The position numbers were made by a program, and so were the translations under genes. Shown one piece after another: positions 57,576 to 64,000 of a stretch of 64,000 nucleotides of DNA (its first letter is position 1; every line of letters begins with the position of its first letter). Location: contig JBKHWB010000001.1 of NCBI GenBank assembly GCA_046566745.1, forward strand, positions 23,934-87,933, read 5' to 3'. Source of the stretch: Gammaproteobacteria bacterium (GTDB lineage Bacteria > Pseudomonadota > Gammaproteobacteria > Pseudomonadales > Moraxellaceae). The notes under the pieces were generated by a model. It did no database searches. It was given only the letters and a program-made list of their open reading frames with translations, and had not been told where the DNA came from.

Positions 57576-58840
57576 GACGATACGTACCCTGCATTCAGTG
57601 CCAACTGAGCGGCAGCCACTGTATAAAACGATCCAAACACCACAATCCTATCGGCTGGCCTGGCTTGCTGCCGAGCCGCCGCCAGGGCGCGCGCCACGGT
57701 GTCATGCTCCCCCGCCACATGGCAGCCCTGACATCGCAAGGCAGTGGCCAACCGCTCTTTCGCGGCTCCCCGCGGCACCTGCAGGCTGGCCACGAACCAG
57801 GCGTCAAAACGGCCAAGACAGGCCTGAACCACGCCCTCCACATCCTTGTCGGCCAGCATGCCCAACACGGCAAGCGTACGCTGGCCCGGCTCACCCGGCG
57901 GCAACTGCTCCATGAGAAACGCCGCGCCGTGCGGATTATGCGCCACATCCAGCAGGATCAGCGGGGCAGCGGCTACAACCTGCATGCGACCGGCAAGGCC
58001 GGCATTCCTCAGACCCTCGCGAAGGGCGGCCTCAGGGATCGCCAGAGGCACAGCAAACAGGGCGGCCAGTGCCGTGGCAGCGTTGGCCAATGCCAGGCGC
58101 GGGCGCGGCAGCCCGGTCAGCACCCGCTGCGCATCATGCCACGCCCAGCCTCCGTCTTCTTCCGGCCGGAAATCAAAATCCGACCCTCGACGCACCAACC
58201 GTACGCCGCTGGTGGCAGCCGCCTCCAGCAAGGTCACGGGCGGATCCGGATCGCCACACACGGCCACATGCCCGGCACGGAAAATCCCTGCCTTCTCGAT
58301 GGCGATCAGTTCCCGCGTATCACCGAGGTATTCGGTGTGGTCGATACCAATACTGGTGACGACGGCCACATCGGCATCGACCAGATTGACTGCGTCCAGG
58401 CGTCCGCCCAGCCCCACCTCCAGCACCGCGACAGCCAGACCTGCCTCGCGAAAAATGAGGAAAGCCGCCAGCGTGGTGAACTCGAAATAGGTGAGCGACA
58501 CGTCGCCCTGCGCTGCCCGTACCTTTTCAAAGGCAGCTACCAGCACAGTATCGTCCACCGGGTTGCCATCAATGCAGATGCGTTCGTTGAAGTGCACGAG
58601 GTGGGGCGAGGTGTAGCTGCCCACGCGCAGGCCGGCAGCACGACAGATGCTGACCAGGGTGGCGACGGTAGAGCCCTTGCCGTTGGTTCCGCCGACGGTA
58701 ATGACAGTGCACCCTAGCGCACGCAGGCCAAGACGATCTGCCACCTGCCCTGACCGCTCCAGTCCAAGGTCAATAGCCTTGGGATGCTGTTGCTCAAGCC
58801 AGGACAACCACTCTTCCAGCATCATGAACAAGCCTGCCAT
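57572..58840 (-). CDS. folC: Bifunctional folylpolyglutamate synthase / dihydrofolate synthase
   Basis: P-loop VGGTNGKGST and Mur-ligase-like architecture. The start may be a few codons downstream. Confidence 0.9.
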   Translation of the reverse strand: MAGLFMMLEEWLSWLEQQHPKAIDLGLERSGQVADRLGLRALGCTVITVGGTNGKGSTVATLVSICRAAGLRVGSYTSPHLVHFNERICIDGNPVDDTVLVAAFEKVRAAQGDVSLTYFEFTTLAAFLIFREAGLAVAVLEVGLGGRLDAVNLVDADVAVVTSIGIDHTEYLGDTRELIAIEKAGIFRAGHVAVCGDPDPPVTLLEAAATSGVRLVRRGSDFDFRPEEDGGWAWHDAQRVLTGLPRPRLALANAATALAALFAVPLAIPEAALREGLRNAGLAGRMQVVAAAPLILLDVAHNPHGAAFLMEQLPPGEPGQRTLAVLGMLADKDVEGVVQACLGRFDAWFVASLQVPRGAAKERLATALRCQGCHVAGEHDTVARALAAARQQARPADRIVVFGSFYTVAAAQLALNAGYVSS

Positions 58841-58889
58841 TGCAAAAGCAGAAGACGGCCAATCGGCCGACTTCCGTCAGGTGAAAACA

Positions 58890-59753
58890 TCAGAGGGGAT
58901 AATGTGTCAGCTTGGCCAACAGGCGGAACACCGTGTCGCGCATTTCGTGACGATGAATGATGATGTCGATGGCGCCATGCTCAACGAGAAACTCGGAGCG
59001 CTGGAAACCTTCCGGGAGTTTCTGCCGAACAGTCTGCTCGATCACGCGCGGCCCGGCAAAACCGATCAGGGCATTCGGCTCGGCCGCGTTGATGTCACCC
59101 AGCATGGCCAGGCTGGCCGACACGCCACCGTACACCGGGTCGGTCATCACCGAAATGAAGGGAATGCCGGCCAATTTCATCTGTTCCAGCGCCGCCGATG
59201 TCTTGGCCATCTGCATCAGTGAAAACAAGGCCTCCTGCATGCGGGCCCCGCCGGACGCGGCAAAGCACACGAGCGGAATCTTGTGCTCGAGACAGAACTC
59301 GGCAGCACGCACGAAGCGGGCGCCTACCACGGAACCCATGGAACCGCCCATGAAACTGAACTCGAAGGCCACGGCCACCAAGGGCAGGCCATTGAGATGC
59401 CCTCGCTTCACCACCAGCGCGTCCTTCTCGCCGGTCTCCTTCTGGGCTGCCGCCAGCCGATCCTTGTATTTCTTGCTGTCCTTGAACTTGAGACGATCCG
59501 TTGGCTCAAGATCGGTCGCCAGTTCTTCGCGGCCTTCGGCATCAAGGAACATGTCCAGCCGCTCACGCGCATTGATGCGCATGTGATGATCACACTTCGG
59601 ACAGACATTCAGGTTGCGATCAAGCTCGGGCTTGTAGAGCACGGCATCGCACTTGGGGCATTTGCGCCACAACCCTTCCGGAACAGAAGTGCGGCGATCT
59701 TCGGCGTTACCGCCGACATTGGGGAGAATCTTTTCGAGCCAGCTCGAGCTCAT
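58890..59753 (-). CDS. accD: Acetyl-CoA carboxylase carboxyltransferase beta subunit
   Basis: Zinc ribbon [19 protein letters not shown] 59753 (MSSSWLEKI..). Confidence 0.95.
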   Translation of the reverse strand: MSSSWLEKILPNVGGNAEDRRTSVPEGLWRKCPKCDAVLYKPELDRNLNVCPKCDHHMRINARERLDMFLDAEGREELATDLEPTDRLKFKDSKKYKDRLAAAQKETGEKDALVVKRGHLNGLPLVAVAFEFSFMGGSMGSVVGARFVRAAEFCLEHKIPLVCFAASGGARMQEALFSLMQMAKTSAALEQMKLAGIPFISVMTDPVYGGVSASLAMLGDINAAEPNALIGFAGPRVIEQTVRQKLPEGFQRSEFLVEHGAIDIIIHRHEMRDTVFRLLAKLTHYPL

Positions 59754-59835
59754 CGGTGTCATCCTTACATCGTGCACCCGGGCCGAACGCGCCCGGGTAT
59801 CCGGTCAACACATCTTCCGTCGCGGTGGAACAGGA

Positions 59836-60642
59836 TCAGCGACGGTCCATGGCATGACGCATGCCCTGCAGGATCACGGCAATAGCAGCGGGAATCGCGG
59901 CCGGATCATCCTGCAGCTGGCCGATACGGCCGACCAGTGCCGAGCCCACCACCACGCCATCGGCATGGGCCGCCACGGCAGCAGCAGACTCAGCGTCCTT
60001 GATACCAAAACCCACCCCGATGGGCAAATCACTGATGGTACGGATTGTTTCAATCCGCTTGGCCACTTCAGGAATATCCAGGGTGGCCGCCCCCGTCACG
60101 CCCTTGAGGGATACATAGTAGACATAACCGCTGGCCGCATCGGTGATCAGGCGGATACGTTCCGGCGTCGTGGTAGGTGCCAGCAGGTAGATGGGATCAA
60201 TCCCCAAGGCCCGCAGCTCACGAGTCAGGTCATCGGCCTCCTCCGGCGGCAGGTCCACCGTCAGCACCCCATCCACCCCCGCCTCGGCAGCCGTCCGGGC
60301 GAACGTGGCGTAGCCCATGACCTCGACCGGGTTCAGGTAGCCCATCAGCACCACCGGCGTGGTGGTGTTGTTCTGGCGAAACTCGGCCACCATGCCCAGC
60401 ACGTCACGAAGGCTGACATTGTGCTTGAGGGCACGCTCATGAGCCTTGGTGATCACCGGGCCGTCGGCCATCGGATCGGAAAACGGCACGCCCAGCTCGA
60501 TGACGTCGGCACCCGCCTCAACCATCGCATGCATCAGCGGCACGGTAACCGAGGGTGCCGGATCACCGGCAGTGACATAGGGAATCAGGGCCTTGCGGCC
60601 ATCCTGCTTCAGTTGGGCAAAGTGCCCGGCAATACGACTCAT
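59836..60642 (-). CDS. trpA: Tryptophan synthase alpha chain
   Basis: [28 protein letters not shown].. Internal ATG at 60642. Confidence 0.95.
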   Translation of the reverse strand: MSRIAGHFAQLKQDGRKALIPYVTAGDPAPSVTVPLMHAMVEAGADVIELGVPFSDPMADGPVITKAHERALKHNVSLRDVLGMVAEFRQNNTTTPVVLMGYLNPVEVMGYATFARTAAEAGVDGVLTVDLPPEEADDLTRELRALGIDPIYLLAPTTTPERIRLITDAASGYVYYVSLKGVTGAATLDIPEVAKRIETIRTISDLPIGVGFGIKDAESAAAVAAHADGVVVGSALVGRIGQLQDDPAAIPAAIAVILQGMRHAMDRR

Positions 60643-60688
60643 ATTCGCTTCCTGTTGGCCAGGCCCTGCCGGCCCGGCCCCTGCAAAA

Positions 60689-61900
60689 TCAGACTGAAAT
60701 ACCGTCAAGCTTGGCCACGGTGAGCAGGTCCTTGTCACCACGACCGGAGAGGTTGACGATGATGATCTGGTCCTTGGCCATAGTGGGGGCCAGCTTTTTC
60801 ACATAGGCCAGCGCATGGCTCGATTCGAGAGCCGGAATGATGCCTTCTTTCTGGGTCAGCTCACGGAAGCCGGCCAGCGCCTCCGTGTCATCAATGCCGA
60901 CGTAATTCACGCGACCGATGTCCTTGAGCCAGCTGTGCTCGGGCCCCACACCCGGGTAGTCGAGACCGGCCGACACCGAGTGTGTCTCGATGATCTGGCC
61001 GTTGTCGTCTTCCATGAGGTAGGTGCGGTTACCGTGCAGCACGCCGGGGCGGCCGCCATTCAGCGGAGCGGCGTGGTTAGGCGTATCCAGACCATGGCCG
61101 GCTGCCTCGACGCCATACATGGCCACGCTGCTGTCGTTCAGGAAGGGATGGAACAGGCCGATGGCATTGGAGCCACCGCCGACACAAGCCACCAGGGCAT
61201 CGGGCAGGCGACCGGCCTGCTTCAGGCACTGCTCACGGGCTTCGCGGCCGATGATGCTCTGGAAGTCGCGCACCAGCATGGGATAGGGGTGCGGACCGGC
61301 CACGGTACCGATGATGTAAAAGGTGTTGTCGACGTTGGTCACCCAGTCGCGCATGGCCTCGTTCATGGCGTCCTTGAGCGTCTTCGACCCGGAGGTGACA
61401 GGCACCACGGTCGCACCCAGCAGTTTCATGCGGTAGACGTTCATGGACTGGCGCCTGACGTCTTCCTCACCCATGAACACGACGCACTCCATGCCCAGGC
61501 GTGCGGCGATGGTGGCCGTGGCCACGCCATGCTGGCCGGCACCGGTCTCGGCGATGACGCGGGTCTTGCCGGAGTGCTTGGCCAGCAAGGCCTGGCCAAT
61601 GGTGTTGTTCACCTTGTGCGCGCCGGTGTGGTTCAGGTCTTCACGCTTGAGGTAGATCTGGGCACCACCGAGCTCGCGACTCCAGCGCTCGGCGTGGTAC
61701 AGCGGCGACGGGCGACCGACGTAATGGGCCAGGTCGTAATCAAACTCGGCGCGAAACTGGGGATCGTCCTTCAGGCGCAGGTACATGGCCTCAAGATCGG
61801 TCAGGGCCGCCATCAGGGTTTCGGACACGAAGCGTCCGCCGTGAATGCCGAAATGGCCACGCGCATCCGGGAACTTCGAGAAATCGACAGGCTTGTTCAT
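60689..61900 (-). CDS. trpB: Tryptophan synthase beta chain
   Basis: ..[16 protein letters not shown].. PLP lysine motif. 403 aa. Confidence 0.95.
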   Translation of the reverse strand: MNKPVDFSKFPDARGHFGIHGGRFVSETLMAALTDLEAMYLRLKDDPQFRAEFDYDLAHYVGRPSPLYHAERWSRELGGAQIYLKREDLNHTGAHKVNNTIGQALLAKHSGKTRVIAETGAGQHGVATATIAARLGMECVVFMGEEDVRRQSMNVYRMKLLGATVVPVTSGSKTLKDAMNEAMRDWVTNVDNTFYIIGTVAGPHPYPMLVRDFQSIIGREAREQCLKQAGRLPDALVACVGGGSNAIGLFHPFLNDSSVAMYGVEAAGHGLDTPNHAAPLNGGRPGVLHGNRTYLMEDDNGQIIETHSVSAGLDYPGVGPEHSWLKDIGRVNYVGIDDTEALAGFRELTQKEGIIPALESSHALAYVKKLAPTMAKDQIIIVNLSGRGDKDLLTVAKLDGISV

Positions 61901-62550
61901 TCAGCCGCTACTCCTGGCATGTGTTCTTCGGCCTTTCTCACTTCTGCAAGAAAGGCAGCAATCAGTCGGGCATCCTTGATGCCCTTGGCCTGCTCCACTC
62001 CGCCACTGACATCGACAGCGTAGGGACACGTCTGCAGGATGGCCTGGCCGACGTTGTCGGGAGTCAATCCACCCGCCAGAATCAGCGGCTTGCCGGCCTG
62101 CGACGGGAACGTAGTCCAGTCGAAACTGTGGCCGGTTCCACCACGCAGGTCGGGATGCCAGGCATCCAGCAGGATGCCGGACGCATCCGGGTAAGCCGCG
62201 ATGGTCGCCATGGTGTCCTGCGCAGGCTTCATGGCCAACGCCTTGATCCAGGGGCGACCGAAGCGAGAGCAGAACGCATTGTCTTCATCACCGTGGAACT
62301 GCAGCAGGGACAACGGTACGACATCCAGCACCGCCCTCACCTCACGCTCGCTGGCATTCACGAACAGCCCCACCGTTGTCACGAAAGGCGGCAGGCCGCG
62401 AATGATGTCGGCCGCCTGCGCTGCCGTGACGTGGCGTGGGCTGGTGGCAAAAAAGACAAAGCCGAGCGCATCTGCACCCGAGGCCACTGCCGCGGCAGCG
62501 TCCCCGGAACGGGTTATCCCACAGATTTTGGTACGGACTCGACTGGACAA
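61897..62550 (-). CDS. trpF: N-(5'-phosphoribosyl)anthranilate isomerase
   Basis: ..[20 protein letters not shown].. 4-nt overlap with trpB. Confidence 0.9.
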   Translation of the reverse strand: MSSRVRTKICGITRSGDAAAAVASGADALGFVFFATSPRHVTAAQAADIIRGLPPFVTTVGLFVNASEREVRAVLDVVPLSLLQFHGDEDNAFCSRFGRPWIKALAMKPAQDTMATIAAYPDASGILLDAWHPDLRGGTGHSFDWTTFPSQAGKPLILAGGLTPDNVGQAILQTCPYAVDVSGGVEQAKGIKDARLIAAFLAEVRKAEEHMPGVAAE

Positions 62551-62630
62551 GGGGTGGATACCTTTGGCAAAGGCGGGATTCTAGGGGATGGCCGGGGCAT
62601 TTGACCATGGGGAATGCAGGTTTGCCGGCC

Positions 62631-63425
62631 TCAGAACACCCCGTTCAGGAACAACGGCCCTAACGGCTCCCGCGGAAGCACAAACTGCTCCGGGTAATGA
62701 ACATCCACGAAATACAGCCCGTCCGGCGGTGCCGTCACCCCCCCCAGGGTACGGTCCTTTGCGTGGAGGACCTCCTGGGCCCACTCCGGCTCTGCCTTGC
62801 CCTGCCCGATGGCCATCAGCACGCCCGCAATATTGCGCACCATGTGGTGCAGGAAACCATCGGCCTGGATATCCAGAACGATCAGTGGCCCCCGCTGGAT
62901 GAGTTCGATGAAGTGCACGTTGCGGCACGGGTGAGGTGCCTGGCAGGCCACGGCACGAAACGAAGTAAAGTCATGCTGACCCACCAGATAGCGGGCGGCA
63001 GACTGCATGCGCGCCACGTCCAGCTTGTGATAATGCCAAGTGACCATTCCGGAAAGCAGGCTGGAACGAAACGGGTGGTTGTAAATAACATAGCGGTAGC
63101 GCCGGGATACTGCCTTGAAGCGGGCATGAAACTCGTTGCTCACGGGGCAGACCCAGCGCAGCGCGATATCATCCGGCAGATGCGTATTCACCCCGAGCAT
63201 CCAGCTACGCTCGGGTCGCACGGCATCGGTATCAAAGTGGGCCACCATGCCGGAGCCATGGACACCCGCATCCGTCCGTCCAGCGCCGTGGACAGTCACC
63301 GGGTGGTTCGCAACCCGGGCAATCGCGTTCTCCAGGGTCTCCTGCACGCTCCTCACCCCGGGTTGCTGGGTCTGCCAGCCCCGGTAGTGACGTCCGTTAA
63401 AATCGACCCCGATAGCGATGCGCAT
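62631..63425 (-). CDS. truA: tRNA pseudouridine(38-40) synthase
   Basis: MRIAIGVDFNGRHYRGWQ..GAGRTDAGVHG catalytic Asp motif. Internal ATG at 63425. Confidence 0.95.
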   Translation of the reverse strand: MRIAIGVDFNGRHYRGWQTQQPGVRSVQETLENAIARVANHPVTVHGAGRTDAGVHGSGMVAHFDTDAVRPERSWMLGVNTHLPDDIALRWVCPVSNEFHARFKAVSRRYRYVIYNHPFRSSLLSGMVTWHYHKLDVARMQSAARYLVGQHDFTSFRAVACQAPHPCRNVHFIELIQRGPLIVLDIQADGFLHHMVRNIAGVLMAIGQGKAEPEWAQEVLHAKDRTLGGVTAPPDGLYFVDVHYPEQFVLPREPLGPLFLNGVF

Positions 63426-63502
63426 GCAGAACGGCCACTCGCAGAAAAGAAAAAGGGCCGCCTTTTTACGGCGGCCCTTGCAGAGCGTCAAGTCAGTACT
63501 GC

Positions 63503-64000
63503 TTAGCCAACCTGGTTCAACAGGCCCTTGGCTTCATCCTTCTGGGTGGCGCTACCTTCGTTGAGCACTTCCTGCAGGATGTCGCGCGCCCCTTCCATGT
63601 CGCCCATGTCGATGTAGGCACGTGCCAAATCCAGCTTGGTCGCGTTCTCATCGGTATCGGCCAGGAAGTCGAACTCGTCATCCATGCCGGCCGGTGCAGC
63701 GGCGGGAGCAACCGGTGCCGCAGCGACCTGAGCAGCAGTCGACATGTCATCCAGATTCAGCGCCGCATCGAAATCGGCAGCCGCATCGTTCATGCCGGAA
63801 TCAGCCTGTGCAACGTCTTCAAACGAAACGTCGCCTGCCGGCACGTCATCCAGACTGAAGTCGCCCTCGAGATCAAAGGATTCAGCAGCAGCCGGTTCGG
63901 CCGCCGTCACTTCCAGATCATCAAGACCAAAGCTCAGGTCATCGCCGACACTGGCCGGAGCGACGGCTGCTGGCTCTGGAGCGGCCTTGGCAACCGGGGC
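63503..64000 (-). CDS. fimV: FimV-family protein, C-terminal part (gene continues past the right edge)
   Basis: Acidic repeats, then the conserved C-terminal TKLDLARAYIDMGDMEGARDILQEVL. The frame stays open to position 64000. Confidence 0.8.
   Translation of the reverse strand, partial: APVAKAAPEPAAVAPASVGDDLSFGLDDLEVTAAEPAAAESFDLEGDFSLDDVPAGDVSFEDVAQADSGMNDAAADFDAALNLDDMSTAAQVAAAPVAPAAAPAGMDDEFDFLADTDENATKLDLARAYIDMGDMEGARDILQEVLNEGSATQKDEAKGLLNQVG

Overview
GC-rich chromosomal segment with gammaproteobacterial (Pseudomonas/Marinobacter/Alcanivorax-like) gene order. It is mostly core housekeeping genes, densely packed, and mostly on the minus strand.

Gene content, left to right:
- Leucine/isovalerate catabolism: liuR-liuA-liuB-liuC-liuD, translationally coupled to an acetoacetyl-CoA synthetase.
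- A Tat small-subunit + GMC flavoprotein pair, a type-B carboxylesterase and an AraC regulator.
- comEA, yegQ and tRNA-Pro(GGG).
- The conserved thrS-infC-rpmI-rplT-pheS-pheT-ihfA-merR block.
- An orphan 734-aa lipoprotein, then tamA-tamB.
- An MFS-acyltransferase (LplT/Aas-like) fusion.
- ccmABCDE, without ccmFGH.
- An AraC regulator + cytidine-deaminase-fold pair.
- A secreted Zn-phospholipase-C-like protein next to a parvulin PPIase and a membrane-anchored protein.
- A REC-PAS-GGDEF gene split by an ISL3-family insertion sequence with perfect 8-bp target duplications.
- An AraC regulator, a 'metal-dependent hydrolase' that looks like a diiron protein, and a pirin.
- tRNA-Val(GAC).
- moxR-DUF58-tgpA.
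- A second, fused GMC oxidoreductase.
- metZ-purF-cvpA-dedD-folC-accD-trpA-trpB-trpF-truA and the 3' end of fimV.

I see no CRISPR array, prophage, integrase, toxin-antitoxin or recognisable defence system.

Most second-look-worthy items:
1. The IS-split diguanylate cyclase, where the IS end supplies an in-frame ATG.
2. A recurring ATAACAAnAA element just upstream of several secreted or catabolic genes. At two loci it sits in the loop of a hairpin whose 3' arm is the Shine-Dalgarno.
3. The split periplasmic versus fused cytoplasmic versions of the same two-module GMC flavoenzyme.
4. The PLC-like/PPIase/anchored-protein neighbourhood.
5. The E..EXXH..E..EXXH pattern in the annotated 'hydrolase'.

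All functional calls come from by-eye motif recognition and need a database search to confirm. The many long ORFs antisense to real genes are treated as GC-driven shadow ORFs.
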